The notes beneath the pieces are model-generated. The model searched no databases and was not told the origin of the DNA. It saw only the letters and a program-made list of their open reading frames with translations. The position numbers and the translations under genes were made by a program. From an uncultured Candidatus Rokubacteria bacterium (lineage in GTDB: Bacteria; Methylomirabilota; Methylomirabilia; Rokubacteriales; CSP1-6), in assembly GCA_963754315.1 (NCBI GenBank), contig CAVWFS010000019.1, forward strand, positions 1-64,000: a stretch of 64,000 nt of DNA, given 5' to 3'. Every line of letters starts with the position of its first letter. Positions within the stretch are counted from its first letter, which is position 1. Shown one piece after another: positions 41,814 to 51,673 of this stretch.

Positions 41814-42554
41814 ATGCCATCACCCGAGGCGAGCCGAACGAAGAAACGCCGGCGTGCGCTCGTCACTGGTGGCGCCATACGGGTGGGACGGGGGATTGCT
41901 CTGGCCCTCGCCCGGAGCGGGATCGACGTGGCCATCGGGTATCATCGTTCGGCGGTCGCTGCTCGGGGAACGCTCAGAGAGCTAGCAGCGCTCGGGGGGC
42001 GCGCGGTCGCCATCCAGGCCGACCTAGCCTCTCCCTCGGAGGCGCGGCGCCTAGTGCGCGAGGCGGGGAGCGCTCTCGGTGGTCTGGACATCCTCGTCAA
42101 CAGCGCGGCGGTCTTCGCCCGTACGCCCTTCGACTCGGTAACGCCCGCCACCTATGACCGTTTCCTGGACCTCAACCTGCGGGGCTCCTTCTTCTGTGCG
42201 CAGGCGGCGGCGACCCTGATGAGAGGCGGCGGCGGTCACATCGTAAACATTTGCGACATTGCCGTGCATCAACGCTGGCCACACTACATCCCCTACACGC
42301 TGTCCAAAGCCGGACTCGTCGCCCTGACTCGCGTCCTCGCGGTGGCGCTGCGGCCCCGGCGCATTGCGGTGAACGCCGTGGCGCCTGGTGCCGTCCTTCG
42401 CCCCCCCGGCTTTCCCCTGGCGCGCTGGCAGCGCATCACCCGTGGCCACGCGGGATCGGTGGAGGACGTGGCGTCGGCTGTCGTGTTTTTCGCGACCTGC
42501 TCGCCCTACATCACCGGACAGGTCCTCAGCGTGGACGGCGGCGAGAGCGCGTGA
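41814..42554 (+). CDS. SDR, pteridine reductase/FolM-like
   Basis: ALVTGGAIRVG, LVNSA, NICD, YTLSK, ITGQVLSVDGG. Confidence 0.85.
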   Translation: MPSPEASRTKKRRRALVTGGAIRVGRGIALALARSGIDVAIGYHRSAVAARGTLRELAALGGRAVAIQADLASPSEARRLVREAGSALGGLDILVNSAAVFARTPFDSVTPATYDRFLDLNLRGSFFCAQAAATLMRGGGGHIVNICDIAVHQRWPHYIPYTLSKAGLVALTRVLAVALRPRRIAVNAVAPGAVLRPPGFPLARWQRITRGHAGSVEDVASAVVFFATCSPYITGQVLSVDGGESA

Positions 42555-42556
42555 GA

Positions 42557-43255
42557 CTAGGCTGGCCGCCCCCCGCCCATCGCACGCAGAAAGTCCCCCA
42601 GGGCGCTGAAGCGCATGAACGCATTCTGCCGCTTCTCGGCGCCGATGGTAGACGAGGCACCTCCGTAGTTGTGGCCAGGGAACAGGATCGTCTCGTCCGG
42701 CAGTGCCCCTAGGCGTTGGGTGAGTGAGTAATACATCTCGCTCGGATCGCTCCCGGGCAGGTCCGTGCGGCCGCAGGACCCGATGAAGAGCGTGTCACCC
42801 GATACCAGTCGTCCGTCGATGAGAAAGCACTGCGATCCCGGGGTGTGGCCAGGCGTGTGCAGGAAGGTCAAGGTCAGCCGCCCCACCGAGAGCGTATCGT
42901 GATTGTCGACCTTGACCAGGTCGGACCCGAAGCCCTTCAGGAACTCGCGCTCGGCCTTGTGGACGTACACCTTGAGGGGCACGCGGCCGAGCAACTCCTC
43001 CACACCCGGGATGCGTCCGGGCATGCCCCAGGACTCGAGACTGCCGCCGACGTGATCCTGATGCGTGTGGGTAACCAGAGCGGCCTTGAGCACCATACCG
43101 TCGCGTTCTGCCGTCTCCACAATTGTGTCGGTCTCCCACGCGGGATCCACGACCACGCACTCTCTGGCCACGGGGTCACCGATGAGATACACGAAGTTCT
43201 GCATCGGCCCGACCTCGAGCTGCTTCAGGTACACACTCTCCCTGGTGGACGGCAC
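42557..43255 (-). CDS. MBL-fold metallo-hydrolase (glyoxalase II-like)
   Basis: GPMQNFVY, THTHQDH, HTPGHTPGS, GDTLF, PGHNY. Confidence 0.9.
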   Translation of the reverse strand: MPSTRESVYLKQLEVGPMQNFVYLIGDPVARECVVVDPAWETDTIVETAERDGMVLKAALVTHTHQDHVGGSLESWGMPGRIPGVEELLGRVPLKVYVHKAEREFLKGFGSDLVKVDNHDTLSVGRLTLTFLHTPGHTPGSQCFLIDGRLVSGDTLFIGSCGRTDLPGSDPSEMYYSLTQRLGALPDETILFPGHNYGGASSTIGAEKRQNAFMRFSALGDFLRAMGGGRPA

Positions 43256-43256
43256 G

Positions 43257-45017
43257 CTATCCCTTGAAATCATCCAAGTTGGGGAGGTCGCCGAGCTGAC
43301 GGGCCTCGAGGGTGTAGATGGCCGGGGCCGTCTTGGTGCGCACGAAGACCCGATCCCCCTCTCGCTTGCCGACCAGCACCGTACCGATCTCACTGCCGTC
43401 CGCGCGCTGCAAGGTGATCTCGAGCTCCGGTGGGTCGAGGCCGTAGCGGGCGGGCTCCTCCCCGCGCGGAGCCACGATGTCCTTCCATTTGAGCGCGCGC
43501 GCCGTGTACAGGAGATCGTCGACTCTGGCGCTCTTGGCGGCACCCTTGCTCGGTTCCACCATGCGCCACTCGTTGTCCCCTTGGCGTTCCAGGACCATGC
43601 TCTGGGTGCCGCGTTTGAGGGCTACCCGCTTGACATCCTTCGGCTCAACCTCCCCCAAGAGCCGCCGATCGCGCAAGTCGTTGAGAGTGCGACCGAGGTC
43701 TTTGAGGGCCGCCGCATCGACCAGCACCAGGGGACCGCTACCCGCCACTGCCGCGTACGCCGAGGGTTGGTTACCCCTGCGCTCCGGAGAGGGAGCGAGC
43801 AACACGGTGGTGGCACCGCCTCCCTCGAGGGTCATGGTCACCCGCAACTCCGGCTTGGCCAGGTAACGCGGGATCCCCGAGGCATCCTCGGTGAGGAACG
43901 CCTGCGCCTTGAGCTCGCCCAGTTTTCGCAGCAGCGCGCCGGCTTCGACCTGGTCGGCCCCCATGGCCTCAGGGGCGACGATACGCCACTGATTGTTCTC
44001 GCGGGCGAGGGTGACGGTCCCTTGGGCGCCGTCGATCTCGATCTTGGTCACCTTGTCGCGATCGAAGGCGACCACGGTCTTGTCTCGCACCGCGGCCATG
44101 CTTTTCGGGAGTGCCTTCCAGACATCTTCGGGGAGAAGCAGGACACTCGGCTCCCCCGGCCGCATGGCGTACACACCCTGCTTGGTGGCATCGACCCGGC
44201 CCACGAGCAGAGTCTTGGTCGCCCGGTCCTTGTCGCGTCCGGTCTGGACATCGACCCGGAAAGGACGATCGAGCCCGTAGCTCTGAAGCGATGCGGGCGC
44301 CTCTGCTGCGAACTCCTTCACGCGTGCTGCTCCGAGCTTCTCGAGGAATTCGGTGACGGCCTCGCCGTCGGCAGCGCGGGCAGCCGGGCGCGTCAACTTC
44401 CACTTTCCGCCGTCGGCGACGAGCCCCAAGGTCTCGTCGGGGGTATTGATGTCGAGACCAGTCACCGCGCCGCGGTCGAAAGTCAGCACGGTCTTGTCGC
44501 GATAGTCAGCGACAGGCCGCGAGGCATCGCGCAGCACGCTGTCGGGAAGGGCCACCACCGCCGCCTTGCCCTCTTCGCGCCCATACACCCACACCCCGGT
44601 CGGGTTCTTGCTGCCGAGTTGCACTCCGAGCCGGCGGCCGTCCTTGAGGGTGAAAGTGACCTCGGCCTTCGGCGCATCGAGCCCGAACTCAGCCAGTGAG
44701 GCAGGGGCAGCAGCGATCTCGCGGTCAATCTTGGCGGTGAGAATCGAGGTGATCAGCTCGTCGATGGCGGCCCGATCGCCCCGCGTCTCTATGGGCGCGA
44801 GCATCCGCCAGCCCTCTCCTTCCCGCCGAAACTTCAGAACCTCGGGGCCACGCTTGATCTCCACGTCACTCACGTTCCCCGCCTCCGCGGAGAACATCTG
44901 CCCCTTGCGGCCTTCCGCCTTCTCCCGCTCGGGTCCCAGGCGAATCTCGTAGACGTAATAGAACGCCCCGAGCAGCAGGAGGATGACGGCAAGGCTCGCC
45001 GTCGTCTGCCAGCGCAT
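43257..45017 (-). CDS. Multi-DUF4340 periplasmic protein
   Basis: N-terminal TM; three repeats of W....P...(F/Y)GLD.P; follows gldG-like gene. Confidence 0.8.
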   Translation of the reverse strand: MRWQTTASLAVILLLLGAFYYVYEIRLGPEREKAEGRKGQMFSAEAGNVSDVEIKRGPEVLKFRREGEGWRMLAPIETRGDRAAIDELITSILTAKIDREIAAAPASLAEFGLDAPKAEVTFTLKDGRRLGVQLGSKNPTGVWVYGREEGKAAVVALPDSVLRDASRPVADYRDKTVLTFDRGAVTGLDINTPDETLGLVADGGKWKLTRPAARAADGEAVTEFLEKLGAARVKEFAAEAPASLQSYGLDRPFRVDVQTGRDKDRATKTLLVGRVDATKQGVYAMRPGEPSVLLLPEDVWKALPKSMAAVRDKTVVAFDRDKVTKIEIDGAQGTVTLARENNQWRIVAPEAMGADQVEAGALLRKLGELKAQAFLTEDASGIPRYLAKPELRVTMTLEGGGATTVLLAPSPERRGNQPSAYAAVAGSGPLVLVDAAALKDLGRTLNDLRDRRLLGEVEPKDVKRVALKRGTQSMVLERQGDNEWRMVEPSKGAAKSARVDDLLYTARALKWKDIVAPRGEEPARYGLDPPELEITLQRADGSEIGTVLVGKREGDRVFVRTKTAPAIYTLEARQLGDLPNLDDFKG

Positions 45018-45029
45018 CAGCCAGATCCC

Positions 45030-46550
45030 CTAATTGGCGGCGCGCCGTCGCACGGCGGCCACCACGCCGCCTGCTAGCACCAGCCCTGGCAAGATCACCA
45101 CCGGCAGCAGGAAGCTCAGCCAGCCCTGCTGAGCTGTGAGAAAGACTGGCGTGGACTTGGTCTCTTTCGGGCGAATCGAGATCTGATCCTCCTGCTCCGC
45201 CAGCCAGCTCACCGTGTTGAGGAAGAGGTCGCGATTGCCCTGAATGTTGAGGAACTGATTGGACGCAAGGTTCGACGTCCCGTAGACGACGATCCGGGCC
45301 TTGTCCTTCGTGACCACCACCGCCACCGAGGGGCCGGTGGCGTCCTTCTCGTCGGGTTTGGCCTCACCGCGGTTGAGGGCGGCCCGATCGGTTTCCCCCC
45401 ACGCTTGGGGACTCGTCTTGACGAGCGCCTGCACATTCATGCCGGGGGGCGGTGCCTTGGCTGGCGACACGCTGCGCGTGAGGGGGAAGAGGGTCATCAC
45501 CCCGGCCAGGTCGCGCGTCACCGGGTGCGGCTCGTATTGCTGCACGATCGGTACTTCGGGCCCGATCCCGAACAGACGACCGATGGGATTACCCTCGATG
45601 ACCAGATCATCGCCCAGATCGACCCCGTAGCCGGCCAAGAACTTCTTCATGCCCTCGTTCTGGAATGGATTGACCATGACGAACAGCTTGCCGCCCTTCG
45701 TCAAGTACGCGTTGAGCGCGTCGATCTCCGGCGCCAGCGGGTCCGTGCGCGGACCAGGATCGATCACCACCGCCGCATCGTCGGGAACCTTCGCCTCGCG
45801 CGCCAGTCCCAGGGGCTTGACCTCGTAGTTGGCGCTCTCCAGGGCGCGCTTGGCCTCGCTGAAGCCTGCCCGCTCCGTGTTGTTGAGCTCGTGCTCACCA
45901 TGCCCCTGCAGGACATAGACGATGCGCTTGCCTTCCCGCGTCAGGCGGACCAGACCGTTGGTGAGCTTCTCCTCCTCGGCGTCGGTGACCTTCTCCGACT
46001 TATCCTTCGTCTCCAGCACCACCGTGCCGTAGGTCTCGACGTTGTAGCGGCGGGCCAACCCCGGCTCCCGGTCGGGGTCGACCACCTTCCAGGTGAAGCG
46101 ACCACCCGCGTAGCGGGCGTACTGCTTGAAGAGGTCTTCGGCCACACGCTTGCCCGGCTGGTCACTGCGAAAGAACGCGACGGCGTTGACGTCGGTTTTC
46201 AGATCACGCAGTAACTGGACGGTCTGGGGGGCCACGCTGTTGCGGCGGTTGTCGGTGAGATCGAGCCGCGCATTGTGGCGGTACGACACCGCCTCGACGA
46301 CGGTGATGATCCCCAGGAGAAGCAGGATCATAAGCGCCGTGTTGAATCCGTACCGCGCGGTGCGGCTGCTGAGAGTGGCCCGCGCCTGGCGCAGGTACAC
46401 GAGCAGGGAGAGGACGACGAGGACGGAGCCGACTCCAACGAGCCATGGACGTATGCGCAACCAGTCCGGCCGCGCAAAGGGTAAGATGAGAGCGGCGGCG
46501 AGCAGGACCAATCCTCCATAACCCGCCCAGTCGAGAATCTTTCTGATCAT
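45030..46550 (-). CDS. GldG-like ABC auxiliary protein
   Basis: DLTDNRRNS, DPDREP, GHGEH, NRDLFLNTVSWL, C-terminal TM. Confidence 0.85.
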   Translation of the reverse strand: MIRKILDWAGYGGLVLLAAALILPFARPDWLRIRPWLVGVGSVLVVLSLLVYLRQARATLSSRTARYGFNTALMILLLLGIITVVEAVSYRHNARLDLTDNRRNSVAPQTVQLLRDLKTDVNAVAFFRSDQPGKRVAEDLFKQYARYAGGRFTWKVVDPDREPGLARRYNVETYGTVVLETKDKSEKVTDAEEEKLTNGLVRLTREGKRIVYVLQGHGEHELNNTERAGFSEAKRALESANYEVKPLGLAREAKVPDDAAVVIDPGPRTDPLAPEIDALNAYLTKGGKLFVMVNPFQNEGMKKFLAGYGVDLGDDLVIEGNPIGRLFGIGPEVPIVQQYEPHPVTRDLAGVMTLFPLTRSVSPAKAPPPGMNVQALVKTSPQAWGETDRAALNRGEAKPDEKDATGPSVAVVVTKDKARIVVYGTSNLASNQFLNIQGNRDLFLNTVSWLAEQEDQISIRPKETKSTPVFLTAQQGWLSFLLPVVILPGLVLAGGVVAAVRRRAAN

Positions 46551-47314
46551 CCCTTCCACCGACGCGCTTCCAGTGAGCGCAGGCTAAGAAACAAGGCCAA
46601 GGCGATGAAGCTCAGGTAGTACACGATATCCCGCGTGTCCAGCACGCCTTTGCCGAAGTTGTCGAAGTGCTCGATCAGCGATAGGTGCGAGAGGATCCGG
46701 CCGCCCGTCCCCCCGACGGTGTCGGCTGTCCACCCGATCACCCAAAAGAGGAGGAGGATGCCGAAGGTTGTCATGGCGGCGACGATTTGGTTCTCGGTGA
46801 GCGACGACGCGAAGATCCCGGCCGCGATGAAGGCTGACCCCAAGAGCACGAGCCCCACGTAACCGGTGAGGACGGGGCCCCACTCGAGCCGCGCGAACGA
46901 GAACACGATGAGCGGATAGAGCAAGGTCAGCGCCAGCATCACGACATAGAGAGCCAGGGCCGCCAAGAACTTGCCGACGAGGACGGCCCCGTCCCGCACG
47001 GGATAGGTAAGGAGCAGCTCGATGGTGCCCGACCGCCGTTCCTCCGCGAAGAGCCGCATGGTGATGAGCGGCATGAGGAGGAGCAGGATGACGCTCATGT
47101 TGGAGAACAGCGGCCGCAGCACATTATCGGTGACGCTGAGATCGCGCCCCATCTGGGGATTCATGGCCACCTGGAGGGAGGCACGAGCAAAGAAATCGAA
47201 GATGGCAAAGAAGAAGTAGCCGGCCAGGACCAGGAAGACGGCGATGACGACGTAGGCCGTGGGTGACGTGAAATACAGGCGCATTTCCTTCTTGAAGATG
47301 GGCCAAACCTTCAC
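46547..47314 (-). CDS. GldF-like ABC permease
   Basis: KEMRLYFTSP, TMRLFAEERRSGTIELLLT, SSLTENQIVA. Confidence 0.9.
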   Translation of the reverse strand: MKVWPIFKKEMRLYFTSPTAYVVIAVFLVLAGYFFFAIFDFFARASLQVAMNPQMGRDLSVTDNVLRPLFSNMSVILLLLMPLITMRLFAEERRSGTIELLLTYPVRDGAVLVGKFLAALALYVVMLALTLLYPLIVFSFARLEWGPVLTGYVGLVLLGSAFIAAGIFASSLTENQIVAAMTTFGILLLFWVIGWTADTVGGTGGRILSHLSLIEHFDNFGKGVLDTRDIVYYLSFIALALFLSLRSLEARRWKG

Positions 47315-48288
47315 GCGCCTCGCTCCTCCCCAGACCCGTCAGGACCGCCGTCGAGGGGCGTTTCCTCGCCCGCCACGATCCGCATGAACACCTCTTCCAA
47401 GGTTGTCCCCACCCGCCGGAGCTCGCGCAGCTCCCAGGTGCGCTCGGCGGCGAGTCGAAAAATCTCGGCGCGCACATCGCGCCCGGGCGCCGATTCCACC
47501 AGGTAGCCGCCACCGTCGCCGCTGCTTTCCCCCACGGTCAGCACCCCGGGAATGCTCTGCAGGCCCTCCCGGACCGCAGGTGACGGCCCCCCGATCTGTA
47601 CCTGAACCCGAGACGTCGGGAAGAACTGCTCGACGAGGGTGTCGATGGGTCCCTGGGCTACGACCGAGCCCTTGTTGATGATGATCACGCTGTCGCACAC
47701 CATCGAGACTTCGGGCAGGATGTGCGTGGAGAGGATCACCGTGTGGTCCCCGGCCAGAGACTTGATCAGTGACCGGATCTCGGTAATCTGCCGGGGGTCG
47801 AGACCGATGGTGGGCTCGTCAAGGATCAGCACCTGAGGGTCATTGACGATGGCCTGGGCCAGACCGACCCGCTGGCGGTAACCCTTGGAGAGCTTGCCGA
47901 TGAGCCGATTCTGCATGTCGGAGACCAGGCACCGATCCATCACGTCCGCCACCCGTCCCTTGCGCTGGGCCCGGGGCACGCCTTTGACCTCGGCGACAAA
48001 ATCGAGGTAGGGGGCCACCCGCATATCGGTGTACAGCGGCACATTCTCCGGCAGGTAGCCGATGCGCTTGCGGACCTCCATGGAATCGCTGAAGACATCG
48101 TAGCCGGCCACCCGAGCCGTCCCGCTGCTGGCCGGCATGAAGCACGCCAGAATACGCATGGTCGTCGACTTCCCGGCGCCATTGGGGCCAAGGAATCCGA
48201 CGATGGTTCCCGGCGCCACGCCGAACGAGACGTCGCGAATGGCGGTGACGGGACCGTAGTGTTTGGTGAGCGCCTGGACCTCGATCAT
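47311..48288 (-). CDS. GldA-like ABC ATP-binding protein
   Basis: GPNGAGKST, LSKGYRQR, ILDEPT, STH. Confidence 0.93.
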   Translation of the reverse strand: MIEVQALTKHYGPVTAIRDVSFGVAPGTIVGFLGPNGAGKSTTMRILACFMPASSGTARVAGYDVFSDSMEVRKRIGYLPENVPLYTDMRVAPYLDFVAEVKGVPRAQRKGRVADVMDRCLVSDMQNRLIGKLSKGYRQRVGLAQAIVNDPQVLILDEPTIGLDPRQITEIRSLIKSLAGDHTVILSTHILPEVSMVCDSVIIINKGSVVAQGPIDTLVEQFFPTSRVQVQIGGPSPAVREGLQSIPGVLTVGESSGDGGGYLVESAPGRDVRAEIFRLAAERTWELRELRRVGTTLEEVFMRIVAGEETPLDGGPDGSGEERGA

Positions 48289-48321
48289 ACGGCCGACCGT
48301 GGAGTATACACCCGGTACGGC

Positions 48322-49335
48322 TTAGAGGTACTGTCCGTAGCGGATCTTCTCCACCACACCCCGGACGTGCTTGTATTCGTCGATGGCAACGAGGAGGTCC
48401 TCCGTGGTCACCGGCGAGGTGTCGTTGGTGGCTGCAGCCCGGTGGACCTTGGTCTCCAAGGCCCGCTGCACGATCTGGGACATCTCGGCCCCGCTCATGC
48501 CGCCCATGACCGGGAGCACCGTCCGGTAGTCGATGGTGGCGAAGACCGTGCGGCCGGCTTGGCGCTCGATCTTCGCGCGGATCAGGTCGAGGATCTCCTG
48601 CTGGTCAGCGACGTCGGGAAGGGCGACTTCCACGAGGTGGTCGAGCCGACCCGGAGCCACGAGGGCGGGATCCACCACGTCCGTGCGGCTGGTCGAGGCG
48701 ATGACGAGGATGCGCGCGGTCTCCTCCAGGCCGTCCAGCTTCTCGCACAGCGCCGCCACCAGGCGGGCGCTCGCTTCGCGGGCCTGAGGAGGCGGCAGCA
48801 GATGCTCGAGAGCGAGGGCGTCGGCCTCGTCGAGAAGGAGTACCCCCCGCCCTTCACCGACGGCAATGCGAAGAATCTCCTGAAGCAACTCGCCGGTGTT
48901 CACACCGAACTTCGTGGTGAGGTTGAACAGCTTCAGGTGATAGAAGATAGCCGCCGCGGCCGTAGCCAGGGCCCGGGCCAGGGTCGCCTTTCCGGTCCCG
49001 GGCGGGCCATAGAGCAGGAGGCCGCGTGGGGGGCGGATCCCCCACTGGGCGTACAGTTCCGGCGACGTGAGCGCGTACGCGAAGCCGCGCAGGGTGGCTT
49101 TGGCCTCCTTGAGGCCGCCCACCTCGTCGAAGGACACGTTGGGCTGGATCTTGGTCTCCACCCGGCCCGTGAGATCGCCAAACTTCTCACCGAGCTTGGC
49201 GAATACGTCCTCGATACGACGCTGAATCGCCCACTGTAGATCGCTTGGATCGGCCCGTTTCCCAACGCCTTCCGCTTCCGCGTCCGCGACACCGCTCCGC
49301 TCGCGCCAATTGGAACTCGGCACCGATTCGCTCAC
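48322..49335 (-). CDS. Single-module AAA+ protein (PAN/Mpa/Cdc48 clade) with C-terminal GQYL
   Basis: VSFDEVGGL, PPRGLLLYGPPGTGKA, LLDEAD, DPALVAPGRLD, SGAE; ends RYGQYL*. Confidence 0.85.
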   Translation of the reverse strand: MSESVPSSNWRERSGVADAEAEGVGKRADPSDLQWAIQRRIEDVFAKLGEKFGDLTGRVETKIQPNVSFDEVGGLKEAKATLRGFAYALTSPELYAQWGIRPPRGLLLYGPPGTGKATLARALATAAAAIFYHLKLFNLTTKFGVNTGELLQEILRIAVGEGRGVLLLDEADALALEHLLPPPQAREASARLVAALCEKLDGLEETARILVIASTSRTDVVDPALVAPGRLDHLVEVALPDVADQQEILDLIRAKIERQAGRTVFATIDYRTVLPVMGGMSGAEMSQIVQRALETKVHRAAATNDTSPVTTEDLLVAIDEYKHVRGVVEKIRYGQYL

Positions 49336-49341
49336 GCCGGT

Positions 49342-49866
49342 TCAGATTTGCTGCCGCCGGGGTGAGGGTGCTAGGAGCTCACTCTTGTCGAAAACGCGGG
49401 CCTCCACAAAGACGGGGATCTTGGCCCGCAGTGCCAGCGCGATGGCATCAGACGGCCTCGCGTCGAGCTGCATGGGTGACGTCGCGCTTTGCAGGTACAG
49501 GATCGCGTAATAGATGCCGTCCTGTAGGTCCGTGATCACCACCCGGCTCAAGGTGACCTGGAGGCGACCGAACAACGTCAAGAAGAGATCGTGGGTGAGC
49601 GGGCGGGCGGTGGCCACACCCTGAAGCGGCACAGCGATGCTGGTCGCCTCCGCCAGCCCGATGGCGATGACGAGCTGACGCTTGTCACGCTTGCCCTCCA
49701 GCACGATGACAGGCTGCTGTGTGCTCCTGTCCTGCATGACCCTGACGACCGTCACTTCCTGGGCGGAGGGCAGGGCCGGACCTTCAGCGCGCTCCCGCGC
49801 GTTGGCTGCCGATGCGAGGGCAGCGACGATCAGGACCAAGGCTCCGAGTCGACCCCTCCCTCTCAT
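49342..49866 (-). CDS. Bifunctional nuclease (DUF151) domain protein with signal-peptide-like N-terminus
   Basis: IGLAEATSI, RPLTHDL, DARPSDAIALA. Confidence 0.88.
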   Translation of the reverse strand: MRGRGRLGALVLIVAALASAANARERAEGPALPSAQEVTVVRVMQDRSTQQPVIVLEGKRDKRQLVIAIGLAEATSIAVPLQGVATARPLTHDLFLTLFGRLQVTLSRVVITDLQDGIYYAILYLQSATSPMQLDARPSDAIALALRAKIPVFVEARVFDKSELLAPSPRRQQI

Positions 49867-49975
49867 AGGGCTCCTCGCTGCGCTCCGAATGCGGTCAGTA
49901 TAAGCCGTTTCTGGCGGCGGCAGGAGAGTCTCGGAAGGTCAAAATCCCCTTAGAATGGCCCTACGCGACTCCAGC

Positions 49976-50806
49976 ATGGCGACGACCGAGACCCTGCTCG
50001 TCCGTTCTCTAGAGACCAGTCGGGCCGGCCTCCGGCTGACCTTGGACCCCGCGTTCCAAGGGCTGCCGGGGGTCGCGCACGGCGGAAGCGTGCTGGCGGC
50101 GTTTGATGTGGCGGCCGCGCTCGGTGGAAGCCGGCGGGTGGTCGGTCACTATCGGCGCCGCGTACCCCTCGGGACCCCTCTCGGCCTCGAGGTGGAGCGC
50201 ATCGACGGGGCGGCGCGTTGTCGCCTGCATGATTCGGCTTCCGTCCTCGTGGAGGGTGGGATCGACCCCGCCGAACTTTCGCCCGTCGCGGCGCCGCGTT
50301 CGGCCGGCGAGGGCACTCCCTTACCAATTTCGAGCACGTGCTTCGTGTGCGGCGTCGAGAACTCCGTGGGACTGCGGGCTCGGCTCTGGTTCGATGACGT
50401 CACTGTCGGCGGTACGTGGAAGCCGGACGCGCGCTTCCGTGACGCGCAGGGGAACCTCTCCTCACTCGCCTTGCTGGCTTTGCTCGACGAGGCTGCGTTC
50501 TGGCTGGGCGCTCTGGCCACCGGGGAGTCAGGCATGACCACGGAGCTCGCGGTGACCATAGCCGGACGGATACCGCTCGACACTACGCTGAACCTCAATG
50601 GCGCGCGGGCCAGCACGCGGCCGAGCACCGACGACCAGCGATACTGGCGGACGCAGGTGGAGGCGCGCGAAGATACCGGGCGGTTGGTGGCGGCGGCGGA
50701 TATCACTTTTGTCGCCGTCCGGGGGGCAGCGCGGAAGCTGGCCTCGTGGGTGGCGCCGCTGAACCCACCTGAAGTTCTACACCGCATCTTCCCCGCCTAC
50801 GCGTGA
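49976..50806 (+). CDS. Tandem hotdog-fold (PaaI-like) thioesterase
   Basis: FQGLPGVAHGG, CFVCGVEN, LLDEA. Confidence 0.75.
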   Translation: MATTETLLVRSLETSRAGLRLTLDPAFQGLPGVAHGGSVLAAFDVAAALGGSRRVVGHYRRRVPLGTPLGLEVERIDGAARCRLHDSASVLVEGGIDPAELSPVAAPRSAGEGTPLPISSTCFVCGVENSVGLRARLWFDDVTVGGTWKPDARFRDAQGNLSSLALLALLDEAAFWLGALATGESGMTTELAVTIAGRIPLDTTLNLNGARASTRPSTDDQRYWRTQVEAREDTGRLVAAADITFVAVRGAARKLASWVAPLNPPEVLHRIFPAYA

Positions 50807-51672
50807 TGGCCAGAGGCCGCGTGCTGACACGATGGCTCTTGACCATCGCGATTCTGTTGATCCTGACCTCCGCCTGTAGCGTGGCTGAGAGCCCTGGACT
50901 CAGCAGCCCCAGCGTGCCCTTCGTCGCCACCCCACCCGACGTCGTCATCGAGATGCTCAAGCTGGCCAGCATCACGGGCAACGATCTCGTCTACGACCTG
51001 GGCTCCGGTGATGGACGCCTCGCCATCGCCGCCGCCACCCTGTTCGGAGCCCGCGCGGTCGGCGTCGAGATCGACGCCCACCTCGTTCAGGAGAGCCGCG
51101 AGGCAGCGGCCAGGGCGGGAGTCGGCGATCGCGTCACATTCATCTGGGGCGATCTGTTCAAAACCGACCTCCGGCCCGCGACGGCCGTGATGCTCTACCT
51201 GCTACCCGAGATCAATCTGAGGCTTCGTCCGAAGCTCCTGGCCGAGCTGAGGCCCGGGACATCCGTCGTCTCTCACAACTTTGACATGGGGGAGTGGATT
51301 CCGGATCGCTCCGTGCGCGTCTTCGTGAGCGGCGGTTCTCAGAGGGTCAACCTCTGGATTGTCCCCGCGCGGGTGCAAGGAGCGTGGTCCCTCAGGGTCA
51401 CCTTCGCGGACGGCGAGGCCACGGCCACAGCCGTGCTCGAGCAGAATTACCAGCGTTTCGGCGGAATCGTGAGCACGGCTGCGGGCCCGTCCCCCATCGT
51501 GGAGACCATGCTCAGCGGTGAGATCATTGCCTTTTCGACGACCATCGCCATGAAGCCCAGCTCACGTTCGATCCGATTCCGAGGACGCGTGCGCGGCGAC
51601 ACCATGGAGGGCACCGCCGAGGTAACGGGCGGCCTTGCCATCGACCCCGGCCGCTGGGTGGCGACCAGATAA
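50803..51672 (+). CDS. Class I SAM-dependent methyltransferase, predicted lipoprotein
   Basis: LTSAC; VPFVATP, YDLGSGDGR, GVEID, LRPGTSVVSH. Confidence 0.85.
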   Translation: MMARGRVLTRWLLTIAILLILTSACSVAESPGLSSPSVPFVATPPDVVIEMLKLASITGNDLVYDLGSGDGRLAIAAATLFGARAVGVEIDAHLVQESREAAARAGVGDRVTFIWGDLFKTDLRPATAVMLYLLPEINLRLRPKLLAELRPGTSVVSHNFDMGEWIPDRSVRVFVSGGSQRVNLWIVPARVQGAWSLRVTFADGEATATAVLEQNYQRFGGIVSTAAGPSPIVETMLSGEIIAFSTTIAMKPSSRSIRFRGRVRGDTMEGTAEVTGGLAIDPGRWVATR

Positions 51673-51673
51673 T

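Noticed and set aside
43257..48288. GldAFG-like genes as evidence of gliding motility
   Set aside because: This ABC plus DUF4340 cluster is widespread outside gliding Bacteroidota, and no other gliding genes are present.
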